Below are positions 54,953 through 64,000 of a stretch of 64,000 nt of DNA, piece by piece. The stretch lies in contig CAIVQB010000070.1 of NCBI GenBank assembly GCA_903907925.1, positions 61,448 through 125,447 of the forward strand, written 5' to 3'. Position 1 is the stretch's first letter. Each line of letters begins with the position of its first letter. The notes under the pieces are model-generated. The model was not told the origin of the DNA. It searched no databases and was given only the letters and a program-made list of their open reading frames with translations. The position numbers were made by a program, and so were the translations under genes. The stretch comes from an uncultured Verrucomicrobiota bacterium (GTDB taxonomy: Bacteria; Verrucomicrobiota; Verrucomicrobiia; Limisphaerales; UBA9464).

Positions 54953-56299
54953 CTACGCGAACAGTTCCTTGATCCGACGGCCGTTGTTGACCAATTGAAC
55001 CGGGCGACCGGTGTTGGTGTGGATCGCCTGGTTTGGATCGATCCCCATCTTGGAGTACAACGATGCAGCGAAATCCTCGGGTCGATGCACGTTCTCCGAT
55101 GCGGCATAACCCTTGGCATCGGTCGCTCCAATCACCGCTCCCCGGGGACACCCGGCACCGGCCATCAGCACCGACATGGCATGCGGCCAATGGTCGCGGC
55201 CGGCATCCTTGTTCACCTTCGGGGTCCGTCCGAATTCGCCCAACATCACCACCAACGTCGAATCCAGCAGTCCGCGCTGATCCAGGTCGCGGATCAATGC
55301 GGCGACGCCGCGATCCATGTTTCTGACACTGTCGCCCTTGTACGCTTCGAAGAGCTTGGTGTGATGATCCCAGCCGCCGTAGTTAACGGTCACCCAGGAG
55401 ACCCCGACTTCAACCAGACGTCGGGCCATCAACAGCCGCTGGCCGAAATCATTCCGTCCGTAGGATTCGCGAACCTTTGCATCCTCGTGGCCCAGATCGA
55501 ACGCCGCCTGGGCTTTCGATGAGAGCACCAGGTCGACGCTCTGTTGAAGATATTGATCGAAGGTCACCGCGGGGTCCTCGGCCAGCCGGTCGGTGTAACG
55601 TTTCATTCCGTCCAACGTCGCTCGCAGATTGCGCCGGGTCGCCGCGCGGCCTTCGCTGATCTCCGAGGGCAGGACCACATCACGGACCCGGAAGTCGGCC
55701 GCGTTGGGCTGTCCGTCGATGACGAACGGGGCGTATTTGCCACCCAGAAAACTGGGTCCGCCACTGCGGGTCACCGACGGCATCGAGACATACGGCGGCA
55801 ATCCCTCGTTCTGTCCCCGCTGCCAGGAAACGACCGATCCGAACGAGGGATGAAAGGTGACGAATGCGCCGCAGGCCACCGGAACCGGAGTCGGCGAACC
55901 CGTCATCAGGTAATGGTTTCCGCCGCCGTGGTTGGGATCTTTGTGGCAGATCGAACGGATGACGGTGAATTTGTCCGCGGCTTTCGCGAGTTCCGGCACC
56001 GCCTCGCTGAAACGAGTGCCGGGCACTGCGGTTGAAATCGCCTGGAACTGGCCCCGGATCTCCGAGGGAGCCTCGGGCTTCGGATCAAACGTCTCGTAGT
56101 GCGACGGTCCGCCATCGAGCCAGATCAGGATGCAATTGACGGGGCGTCCGGTGGGTGGCGTGGGGTGGGCTCCGGGAGTTGCGGCGCGTCCCTGAAGTCG
56201 GAGCAGATCGGTCAGTCCCAAACCCATCATGCCGCCCAGACCCACCTGGATGAAATCCCGGCGGCGCATTCCAGCGCAGTTGTGGGTGGAGCTGTTCAC
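54953..56299 (-). CDS. DUF1501 protein with Tat-type signal
   Basis: GTG at 56299 (an alternative ATG lies at 56269). Motifs are CAGMRRRDFIQVGLGG, ILIWLDGGPSHYETFDPK, MLGEFGRTPKVN and DHWPHAMS. Confidence 0.88.
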   Translation of the reverse strand: MNSSTHNCAGMRRRDFIQVGLGGMMGLGLTDLLRLQGRAATPGAHPTPPTGRPVNCILIWLDGGPSHYETFDPKPEAPSEIRGQFQAISTAVPGTRFSEAVPELAKAADKFTVIRSICHKDPNHGGGNHYLMTGSPTPVPVACGAFVTFHPSFGSVVSWQRGQNEGLPPYVSMPSVTRSGGPSFLGGKYAPFVIDGQPNAADFRVRDVVLPSEISEGRAATRRNLRATLDGMKRYTDRLAEDPAVTFDQYLQQSVDLVLSSKAQAAFDLGHEDAKVRESYGRNDFGQRLLMARRLVEVGVSWVTVNYGGWDHHTKLFEAYKGDSVRNMDRGVAALIRDLDQRGLLDSTLVVMLGEFGRTPKVNKDAGRDHWPHAMSVLMAGAGCPRGAVIGATDAKGYAASENVHRPEDFAASLYSKMGIDPNQAIHTNTGRPVQLVNNGRRIKELFA

Positions 56300-56380
56300 G
56301 CTGTTGCGAGGATAGCCAGTTCGGCTGCGGATTGTGAAGCGGGCTTTGCGGTCAACTTCGGGTCGCGTTGCGGTCGGTGT

Positions 56381-59300
56381 TCAATGGTTGAACATGAATT
56401 CGGGCGAATTGCTCAGCGCCCAAAAAACATCCTCTGTGGCTGCCTTGCGGGTCGCTCCCGGGGAAAGGAAGGCCTCGACCGCGGTGGCGAGTTCCGCGGC
56501 GGTGGGAGGGCGGCTGAGCGTGGCCAGGTACAATTCCTCCACCACGTCGTCGGCCGCGGCGGAGCTCCTGGCCAGGCGTTGCAGGCGTCCGGACGGGTTG
56601 ATGAATTTCGCCTGCAGGGTGCGCGAATTCATCAGGTGCAGCGTCTGCGCCACGCTGAGCTGGGTGTCGCGTTCGCACGGACAATCGCTGCTGGAGTTCG
56701 GACGCCCGAAGGCATCGAGAAAATGGGACTGGATCCGGTAGCTCCACGCCTGCGTCGCGCGTCCGCCGATGGGCATCGCCGCGAAGACATCCGGTACCCC
56801 GGTGGCATCGCTCACCGCATCGTCCATCACCTCGGCGGGCAATCGCCGGCGGTACGAGCGCGAAAAATTGCGGGTGTCGGCGAGGTTGGTGTCGTTGGGT
56901 GTCGAACTCAGTTGATATGTCTGCGATTCGAGAATCGTGCGAATCAGATGTTTGAGGTCATACCCGTGGGACGAGAAATCCGCCGCCAGCCCGTCCAGCA
57001 GGGCCGGGTTGACGCAGGGATTCGAGCTGCGAAAATCGTCGACCGGCTGCACCAGACCGCGCCCGAAGAAACTGGCCCAGACCCTGTTCACCGCGGCCCG
57101 CGCGAAGAACGGATTGCCCGGCGCGGTGAGCCAGTCCGCCAGTTGACGTCGTGGATCGCCGGGTTCCGGGCCACGTTCCGCACCATCGGGCGGGCGCGGG
57201 GTCATCACGGCCCCGGTGATCGGGTGTTTCACCGTCCCACCAGGCGCGAAAAAGAAGGTCTCGGTGCCCGCTGAAATCGGAGGGGAAAGTCCGGCGCCTT
57301 TTTGCTTCAAGGGCCCGAAGTAGGCCGCCAGTCGGTAGAAGTCCTCCTGACTCCATTTTTCGTTCGGATGATGATGGCACTTGGCGCATTCCAGTCGCGT
57401 ACCCAGAAACAACTGACTAAACATCGTGGTCAATTCCGCAGGTTCCCGCCGGTCGCGATAGATGACCGCCGGGCCGACCCGCTGATTGGAGCCCTCGGCG
57501 AGCAGGATTTCGCGGACGAATTGATCGTACGGCTGATTGGCGCGGAATCGTTCCCGCAGCCATTGGTCCAACAGGAAGACGCTTTTCACACCCACCCGGT
57601 CGGGATTCGGGCGTAACAGATCGGCCCACTTGTTCGCCCAGAAATCGGCATAGGCGGGATTCTCCAACAGCCTGTCGATGAGCCGGCGCCGTTTGTCGGG
57701 CGAGGGGTCTTTTTGGAAGGCGCGAATTTCGTCCGGCGTGGGGAGAAGGCCAACGGTGTCCAGCGTGGCGCGCCGCAGAAATTCGAGATCGGTGCAGGGA
57801 TCCGACGGCAGGAATCCCAGGCGCTGGAATTGCGCGTACGCCTGGGTGTCGATGAAATTGTTGGTCCGCAGGCCGGCGTAGCGTTCCACCGGAAGCACCT
57901 TGTCGGCGGGCACCATGATTTGCGCGTCCCCGACAAATCCCATGTAGCGGGCCACCACGACGCCCTGACCGGTCAACTGCCCGATGGTGATCCGGCCCTG
58001 TTCATCGACGCGGGCCATTTCCTTGTCATTGGAATCATACAACGCGAGCCGGGTCACATCGCGCATGCTGCCGTCCGAATACCGGGCCAGCACCAACAGT
58101 CGCTGCGTGGCACCCTTGCGATACCGCCGTTCCTTGGGGAATGCAGTCACCCGCTCGACCACCGGCTCGTTGGTGAGGGAATAAGACATGCCGGAGTGGA
58201 TCCAGCGGGATAACAACTGATGAGTTTCCGATCCCGGAGCGAAGCGTTGGCCGCCTTCGTGGGAAGTCCGTGTGAGGGGTTTCAGCAACAGCAAACTTTC
58301 GTCCGGTGCCGCCGGGAAAATCCGGCGCCCGTGCGCCTCGTTCACGATCTCCGCATAGTCAGCCTTGGGATCGTAGGAGAAGACTGAAAGCTTGAATCCA
58401 TTTTGTCCGTCGGGTTTTGCGTGGCAGCTCCCCGCGGAACAGCCGGCCTGATTCAACGCCGGCAGAATGTCCCTCACGAAACTGGGGACAGGTGGCGTCA
58501 ATGCTGCATCGCCACGAACGTTCACCGGAATCCGGATTTCCTTTGCCCCCACTCGCGCGGTCACCACGCCCGAACCCGCACCCAACGCCCGGATGTCGCC
58601 GCCTTCATCCATGCGAAGCGGGGCTCCCCAGCTGACGGCGAAGCGCGCCGCATCGGTCACGTCCACATCAAATCCGTCCGTCGTCCGCGCGGTCACCACC
58701 ACCTGATGATGGGGTGAATCGGCCGAAAGGTTCACTTGGGCGGGCTCCGCGGAGAGTGAAACAATTTCGGCTGCCAGGAGTGGAGGTGTTCGGGGACGCC
58801 CGTTTTTGTCGGAGGCTTTGATGGCTCCGAACAAGGGAACTGCAGCGACGCGCCGGGAGGTGCCGCCGGCCCTGGGTTGCGATCCGGCCACGGGTGACGG
58901 AGCTGGCACCGCGAGTTCCGCGAGAAGTTTTCCGTCACCGTCCCAGACACGGATCGTGCCGTCCTGACACCCGCCGGCAATCCGTTTGCCGTCGGTGGAA
59001 ACCGCGAGGCATTGAACGGCGCTGGTAAGATCGGCCATGCGGAGCTCATCGCCGGAAGCTGAACTTTGCTCACCGGTATGCGACTTGAGATGCGTGTATC
59101 GAAAGACCCCGCCGCCATCCGAGGCCGTGAAGAGTGCGCTGCCGTCGCCAGGCCACGCCACCGCGGTCAACGCAGCCGAATGGGTGCCAAGAGAAATGAT
59201 TTTCTCCCGGGTGGCGATGTCCCACACCTTCAATTGCCGGTCGGCACCGGCGCTGGCCACCTGGGTGGCCTTGTCATTGAACGCCGCAGCCAATACCTGC

Positions 59301-60268
59301 GCGGTGTGGCCTTCCAAAATGGCCAGTTCCTTCCGCGTGGCGACCTCCCACACCTTGACCAGTTGATCCCCGCCGGCCGTCACGAGCCGGGGTCCGTCGC
59401 GGCTGAATTCCAGATCGAACACGGTATCGGAATGGGCGCGCCACGATTGCAGTTTGCTGTTGGAGGTCAGGTCGAGCAGTCGGACATAGCCGGGTTTTCC
59501 GCTCCCGCCATCCGCCAGTGCCAGGGTGCGATCGTCTGGCGTGAGTTCCACGGCGGTCACCCGGCCGGAAAGGCCTTCCGAGACCTCGCGCCCGGCCAGC
59601 AATGTGTCTCCGCTCCAAAATCGAATCCGACGAAAGCCACCGCTCACCAACGTGTGACCGTCGTGACTCCAGGTTAGCGATTGGATCGCGTCGGTGTGGG
59701 CTTGAACCTCGATCACGAGGGGGAAGTTGGTCCGGGTCAGATCATACAACGCGAGTTGTCCGCCACGCCCCGCGGCCAGGCGCTGGCCATTCGGAGACAG
59801 AGCGAGTGCCAGGCTGGGATGATAGGTGTCGGGAAGCGGGGAGAGATCGATTGCTTGGACGGGATCCTCCTCGGTGAGCGTCGCGGCGTCCCAGGCCAGG
59901 CCGTTCTTGATCCACTCGCGAATCGTCCGAATCTGGGAGGGATCCAATTGTTTCCGGGGCGGCATGTGGGAGTCCGCGCCCGCCTGGAGGAATCCGGCGA
60001 GTTTGCTGTCTTGGGGATGTCCCGGTCGGACCACCGGTCCATCGTCGCCGCCCCGAAGAATCGATTCCCGCGACAGGAGCGACAGTCCTCCCTTTTGCTT
60101 TTGCTCACCATGACAGGTGAAGCACTCGTTTTTCAGGATCGTCAGGGCGGCACGCGCGCGGGAGTCGCCGCCACCGCCACCGGTTCCACCCGGGACGGCC
60201 GCCGCGCACAGCGATCCCACGATCGATGCGATCGCCAGCAACCACCGTTGTAACGAAAGACGCGGCAT
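56381..60268 (-). CDS. PSCyt1 - WD40 propeller - Ig-like - DUF1549 - DUF1553 giant protein
   Basis: ATG at 60268 (the track TTG is at 60277). The signal is LLAIASIVGSLCAAA. Motifs include NECFTCHGEQKQKGGLSL and WD blades (AHTDAIQSLTWSHDGHTLVSGG, AHSDTVFDLEFSRDG and others). Also present are GCSAGSCHAKPDGQNGFKLS, FLRRATLDTVGLLP, CAKCHHHPNEKW and the C-terminal FWALSNSPEFMFNH. Confidence 0.88.
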   Translation of the reverse strand: MPRLSLQRWLLAIASIVGSLCAAAVPGGTGGGGGDSRARAALTILKNECFTCHGEQKQKGGLSLLSRESILRGGDDGPVVRPGHPQDSKLAGFLQAGADSHMPPRKQLDPSQIRTIREWIKNGLAWDAATLTEEDPVQAIDLSPLPDTYHPSLALALSPNGQRLAAGRGGQLALYDLTRTNFPLVIEVQAHTDAIQSLTWSHDGHTLVSGGFRRIRFWSGDTLLAGREVSEGLSGRVTAVELTPDDRTLALADGGSGKPGYVRLLDLTSNSKLQSWRAHSDTVFDLEFSRDGPRLVTAGGDQLVKVWEVATRKELAILEGHTAQVLAAAFNDKATQVASAGADRQLKVWDIATREKIISLGTHSAALTAVAWPGDGSALFTASDGGGVFRYTHLKSHTGEQSSASGDELRMADLTSAVQCLAVSTDGKRIAGGCQDGTIRVWDGDGKLLAELAVPAPSPVAGSQPRAGGTSRRVAAVPLFGAIKASDKNGRPRTPPLLAAEIVSLSAEPAQVNLSADSPHHQVVVTARTTDGFDVDVTDAARFAVSWGAPLRMDEGGDIRALGAGSGVVTARVGAKEIRIPVNVRGDAALTPPVPSFVRDILPALNQAGCSAGSCHAKPDGQNGFKLSVFSYDPKADYAEIVNEAHGRRIFPAAPDESLLLLKPLTRTSHEGGQRFAPGSETHQLLSRWIHSGMSYSLTNEPVVERVTAFPKERRYRKGATQRLLVLARYSDGSMRDVTRLALYDSNDKEMARVDEQGRITIGQLTGQGVVVARYMGFVGDAQIMVPADKVLPVERYAGLRTNNFIDTQAYAQFQRLGFLPSDPCTDLEFLRRATLDTVGLLPTPDEIRAFQKDPSPDKRRRLIDRLLENPAYADFWANKWADLLRPNPDRVGVKSVFLLDQWLRERFRANQPYDQFVREILLAEGSNQRVGPAVIYRDRREPAELTTMFSQLFLGTRLECAKCHHHPNEKWSQEDFYRLAAYFGPLKQKGAGLSPPISAGTETFFFAPGGTVKHPITGAVMTPRPPDGAERGPEPGDPRRQLADWLTAPGNPFFARAAVNRVWASFFGRGLVQPVDDFRSSNPCVNPALLDGLAADFSSHGYDLKHLIRTILESQTYQLSSTPNDTNLADTRNFSRSYRRRLPAEVMDDAVSDATGVPDVFAAMPIGGRATQAWSYRIQSHFLDAFGRPNSSSDCPCERDTQLSVAQTLHLMNSRTLQAKFINPSGRLQRLARSSAAADDVVEELYLATLSRPPTAAELATAVEAFLSPGATRKAATEDVFWALSNSPEFMFNH

Positions 60269-60387
60269 GGAAAACAAACCCGAGAATGCTCGCCTCCCTG
60301 CCGGAATGGCAACGACCCAAACGCATCAATCTTACCGTCCCGATGCCAACTGGAAGGGCGGGACACTGATTGCACGAATCGGAACGG

Positions 60388-60554
60388 ATTCAGACGGGAT
60401 GAACGGAATGAACGGAATCCGATCAGCATTTCTGAAGTCTGCGTCGGCCGAGGCGGCCGTCCTTTAGCAAAGGGACGCCTATGCGTTCGAGAGACGAATT
60501 CACACGGATCTTGGAAGCACTGATCGGATTCCGTACATTCTGTTGATCCCGTCT
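60388..60554. repeat. inverted pair of the dispersed intergenic element (copies B and B') flanking a 93-nt spacer
   Basis: The left arm at 60388-60426 is ATTCAGACGGGATGAACGGAATGAACGGAATCCGATCAG. The right arm at 60520-60554 is CTGATCGGATTCCGTACATTCTGTTGATCCCGTCT, which is the reverse complement at 32 of 35 positions. The spacer contains CGGCCGAGGCGGCCG and GTCCTTTAGCAAAGGGAC sub-hairpins. Confidence 0.75.
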
Positions 60555-60596
60555 CGTTTCATATTCCTTCTGATTCCTTGTCGATCCACCCAGTCC

Positions 60597-61481
60597 TCAA
60601 TTTTGTTTCATCTTCAACCGCGCCGAGAAATAGGACAGCAACGCGGCTTCGGCCTTCTCGGCGTCGGCACCTTTGAAGCCGTGGCCGGCACCGTCCATGG
60701 TGATCAATTCCACGTCGACGCCACTGGCCTCGAGGCGATCCCGCATCCAAAGCGCTTGTTCGTAAGCCACGTATTTGTCTTCGGTGCCGTGAATGAGCAG
60801 GGTGGGGGCGGCGTTCGGCGTGACCCAGGGCAGGGGACTGCCGATGATGTGTTTGTGCCGTTCCTGATCGAGATTGCCGCCGAACCACAGCGGCAACACC
60901 TCATGCGCATCGACACTTTTGCCATAGGACTTGGTGAAATCGCTCGGGCCATAGACGTTGACCACGCAGGTGACCGCGCTGGATTGCTGTGCGTTGCCGC
61001 CGGTGCCCTCGAACTCCGGCACGCCCGCGGTGACGCCGAGAAATTGCGCCAGATGGCCGCCCGCTGACGAACCCGTCACGCCGATGCGATTCGGATCAAT
61101 CTTATAGGTCGGGGCGTTGCCGCGAAGCCAGCGGACCGCGGCCTTCACATCATGGACCGCGGCGGGAAATTGATATTTCGGCGCGAGCCGGTAACTCGTC
61201 GTGGCGGCGACAAAACCATGCTCCGCCAGCTTCAGGCACAGCGCATTGTAGCCCTCGCGATTCCCGGCGCGAAATCCGCCACCGTGGATGCAAAGCACCG
61301 CCGGGAACGGTCCAGTTCCCGTTTTCGGCCGCGCGATGTTCATCGCCAGGTGCTGGTCGTCGGGATTGGTGTATTCGACGTTCTTTTCGAACACGACGGT
61401 CGCGGGAACGGAAAGTTCCTCGGCGTGCGCGACGATGGCCAGGCACAGAAGTGTGGCGAGTTGCAGGGTGCGGTGGATCAT
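60597..61481 (-). CDS. secreted alpha/beta hydrolase (esterase/lipase fold-3 type)
   Basis: ATG at 61481 with signal LQLATLLCLAIVAHA. The oxyanion motif is HGGGF, the nucleophile elbow is GSSAGGH, and the C-terminal motif is DGAGHGF. Confidence 0.85.
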   Translation of the reverse strand: MIHRTLQLATLLCLAIVAHAEELSVPATVVFEKNVEYTNPDDQHLAMNIARPKTGTGPFPAVLCIHGGGFRAGNREGYNALCLKLAEHGFVAATTSYRLAPKYQFPAAVHDVKAAVRWLRGNAPTYKIDPNRIGVTGSSAGGHLAQFLGVTAGVPEFEGTGGNAQQSSAVTCVVNVYGPSDFTKSYGKSVDAHEVLPLWFGGNLDQERHKHIIGSPLPWVTPNAAPTLLIHGTEDKYVAYEQALWMRDRLEASGVDVELITMDGAGHGFKGADAEKAEAALLSYFSARLKMKQN

Positions 61482-61531
61482 CCGGTGAGGGTAGGCCCAC
61501 CGGAATCGATTGGACAAGTCCCGCCGCGCTC

Positions 61532-62257
61532 TTACCGCCAGCGTCCGGACACGCGGTACCAACCGCGCGGGCCGTGAACCCAGCGGGCTTCGAGCCACAC
61601 CGCCCCGTGGTAGGGTCGCATGACGTAGCGGCCGGGAAACCAGACCCAACCCACCCCGTCCCAGCGCCACTCGCCGGAGCACCAGTAATAATCGGGTCCC
61701 GGCGAAACGACGATGGTTTCAGCCTGGGGCGGCGGCGGATTCTGGGAGACCACGACCTGGGTGCTGGTCGCGATCATCGCGTTGATCAACTTTTCCGAAA
61801 CCCCCGAATTCTTCAGGTCGATAATCGCCGTTGCATCGAGCGTATAGACGGCGTGAGTGCTGTTGATCTGGCTGATGATCGTGTCTTCATTGACGCCGGC
61901 GTGGGCCATGGCCTTGACGTCAGCGAGGCTGGGCGGATTTCCCGCCGGCGGTGCCGTCTGGACGACGGTGCCGGGCGGAACATAAGTCGGCGGAGGAGGG
62001 GGCGGGTAGCGTCGGCGGGCGTCTTCGTCCATGCCGTGGCCGATCAGGCTGCCGGTCAGGAGCCCGGCGGCTCCACCGATCAGCGCGCCTGCGCCAGGGT
62101 TTCTTCGATCAATCGCCGCACCCAGGAGTGCGCCGGATCCCGCGCCGACCAGGGCACCACTTCCGGTGTAGTTGGGACGTCCGTAGGGATCCACGCAACC
62201 GGCGAGAACTGAGGCCAGCCCCGTCAGGGCCAAGCCATTGTATATCTTTGATTTCAT
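61532..62257 (-). CDS. glycine-zipper lipoprotein with proline-rich linker and W/Y-rich C-terminal domain
   Basis: The lipobox is LASVLAGC. The glycine zipper is GALVGAGSGALLGAAI...GALIGGAAGLLTGSLIG. A PPPPPP linker follows. The C-terminus is YYWCSGEWRWDGVGWVWFPGRYV. Confidence 0.75.
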   Translation of the reverse strand: MKSKIYNGLALTGLASVLAGCVDPYGRPNYTGSGALVGAGSGALLGAAIDRRNPGAGALIGGAAGLLTGSLIGHGMDEDARRRYPPPPPPTYVPPGTVVQTAPPAGNPPSLADVKAMAHAGVNEDTIISQINSTHAVYTLDATAIIDLKNSGVSEKLINAMIATSTQVVVSQNPPPPQAETIVVSPGPDYYWCSGEWRWDGVGWVWFPGRYVMRPYHGAVWLEARWVHGPRGWYRVSGRWR

Positions 62258-62863
62258 GCTGCTGGGGAACTCGGGTCTTTTATCGGCCTGAGCCGTCTAA
62301 TCACCGGATCGAAACGCGACGGACGGGATTCCATTGGCTGTCGAATGTCCGTCGAGCTTTGAGCCCGGCATTTGTTGTTTTTCAAGACTGTTGTCAAGGC
62401 TCGGTATTCATTCCGACACCGCCCCGACCATCACGCCCCCCCAAACGCTACACTAGCAGACGAATCGAGGTTGGATAGGTTTCACGGAAACACGATCGAA
62501 ATGGATCACGGCACCCGGGTGTTCCCGTGCTCCGTTGGAACTTCATGCGGTTGGGTGTCAACTTCTTTGGTTCCTTCCGAAGTTTCAGATGCGCTCTGAC
62601 CCGGTGGGTGTCGATCGGTGAAGCAATTGGCAAGGAATGGAGAGTCAGTCTCACGGATGACTGCGAGGGTTCGTCCGTGAAAACAAAATCGACACTCTTC
62701 CCGCGGAAAAAGGGACCGGACCGCAACGAAACGGCGGTCAAATCCCACCCGCCCGACAAAAACTTCAAGCAGTCGCGGGATCTCCACGAAGACCGTGGTG
62801 CACGACAAATGAAGACCGGGTCGGCATCGGGCACGCTGCGTCGTGGATGACCGGTTCCCGGCG

Positions 62864-64000
62864 TCAATTCACCGGTCGGACCCGGTAGAAGTTCTGGGTG
62901 TGGACCACTCCGTCGGTGAAATCGAATCCGGCGGGTGATCCATTGAAATTGACCATCGGCTGCCAGGAAAAGGGTGGAACGAGGGATGTTGTCGATTCGA
63001 TGAGGTAGTTCTGCCCGTTGATGCCGTTGGCGTGGAGATGCCATTGAAAGGGTCCGGCCTGATTGATCGTGACGGTGGGGGCGACGGCGATTCCGGTGGT
63101 CGTGAGTGTGAGTTCGGTCTGGCTGAAATAGCCCGAGAGTCCGAGCGCGTAGGTATGGCTGACCCCGAGGAAACGTCCGAAGAGCAGGCGCACCTGATAG
63201 GTCTCGCCCGGACTCAACGTGTTGGCGGGAATGGTTGCCGAGGTGGCGGTGCCATCGAGTGAACCCGTCTGTCCCGGCTGTGGTGTTTGAAACGCCGGTT
63301 GATCTGCGCTGGGAGCGGTGACCTGAATCTGGACAAAATCGTTCACCCCGCCACCGGTGAAGGCATTCCAGTTCACCGTAAAGTCGACGGCGGGATTCAC
63401 CGCCTGCGCTGCGGAAAAGTTCAGCAGTTGAGGGGCGTTCGGAAAGGTGCTCGCGGGAAGCGGCAGGGTCACGACCTGAGTTCCGTTGTGGGCCGTGTTC
63501 AAGGTGACCGTGTAGGTTCCAGGCGGATAGTCGGCATCCAAACCCGCCGCCGAAAGATAGGACGCCTGGATGCCGAGATCGCCATCGCCGGATGTAAACG
63601 GCTGGATCGTCCCGTTGGGGAGTTTGATGCTGCCGCTCAGCACTCCGCCGTTCACGGCATCGGCGAAGACTTGAATTGCGTAGGGTTTGCCGTCCACCAA
63701 GACTGGCGCACCCGCGCCGGTCTGCCGATAGTTCGCTCCCTTCACCACGCCGAACCGTTTCACGTCCGGTGCTGCTGCGGCGGCAATTGGAAATTGGGTT
63801 TCGGTGTAGTAGGCCGCCGTCCCGGTGACGCCCTGGCCGTAGTCGGTGTTCTGTCCATAACCGCGGGCGAACAGAATCTTCCCGGTGTAGACCTGCCCCG
63901 GCGTCAACGTCCCGGCCGGAATCGTGGCACTCGTGCTGGTGCCATCCAGCGCCCCACTCTTTCCATACCCGCGGGTCTTGAAGATCTCCTGTCCGTCGGC
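62864..64000 (-). CDS. secreted repeat protein, partial (5' end beyond the right window edge)
   Basis: The frame stays open upstream of the track start (63907) to position 64000 (...GALDGTSTSATIPAGTLTPGQVYTGKILFARGYG). An internal repeat is GSLDGTATSATIPANTLSPGETYQVRLLFGRF. The C-terminus ends NFYRVRPVN. Confidence 0.7.
   Translation of the reverse strand, partial: ADGQEIFKTRGYGKSGALDGTSTSATIPAGTLTPGQVYTGKILFARGYGQNTDYGQGVTGTAAYYTETQFPIAAAAAPDVKRFGVVKGANYRQTGAGAPVLVDGKPYAIQVFADAVNGGVLSGSIKLPNGTIQPFTSGDGDLGIQASYLSAAGLDADYPPGTYTVTLNTAHNGTQVVTLPLPASTFPNAPQLLNFSAAQAVNPAVDFTVNWNAFTGGGVNDFVQIQVTAPSADQPAFQTPQPGQTGSLDGTATSATIPANTLSPGETYQVRLLFGRFLGVSHTYALGLSGYFSQTELTLTTTGIAVAPTVTINQAGPFQWHLHANGINGQNYLIESTTSLVPPFSWQPMVNFNGSPAGFDFTDGVVHTQNFYRVRPVN

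Noticed and set aside
1-64000. Search for rRNA, tRNA, tmRNA, RNase P RNA, CRISPR arrays, transposases, integrases, phage or toxin-antitoxin modules
   Set aside because: I recognised none by eye: no GGTTCGAATCC-type T-arms in intergenic regions, no regularly spaced direct repeats and no DDE or tyrosine-recombinase motifs. A computational scan (tRNAscan, Rfam, ISfinder) would be needed to confirm the negative.

Overview
High-GC segment (about 60-63% in hand-counted 60-nt samples) with roughly 40 protein-coding genes. The gene content fits the PVC superphylum, most likely a Verrucomicrobiota chromosome. This is inferred from two PSCyt/DUF1549/DUF1553 + DUF1501 pairs, H-X9-DG prepilin-like proteins, a PEP-CTERM tail, a Pirellula/Verrucomicrobium-type membrane-bound-dehydrogenase protein and many ECF sigma factors. 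I found no rRNA, tRNA, CRISPR array, transposase or integrase. Many long ORFs in the track are antisense artefacts of the high GC content. Main observations: (1) 1.1-10.4 kb holds three ECF sigma factors, each fused in one polypeptide to a transmembrane helix and a large extracytoplasmic domain, with two paralogous small single-pass proteins. (2) 23.2-29.8 kb holds a complete decaprenyl-phospho-arabinose-like donor pathway (HAD-UbiA fusion, DprE1-like, DprE2-like) beside an AT-rich block encoding a GT-C-like membrane protein and an acyltransferase. (3) An ECF sigma sits next to a Ser/Thr kinase-WD40 gene. (4) A 29-codon Trp-containing upstream ORF with a strong SD ends 18 nt before trpE. (5) A four-gene PSCyt-WD40-DUF1553 / DUF1501 / PPC-domain / deacetylase operon, plus a second simpler pair. 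(6) A head-to-head junction of two 5'-truncated genes lies at about 11.0 kb. (7) A dispersed 40-nt intergenic element occurs three times, once as an inverted pair. Housekeeping genes recognised with confidence are msrBA, trpE and purM. All domain calls come from reading the translations, with no database search.
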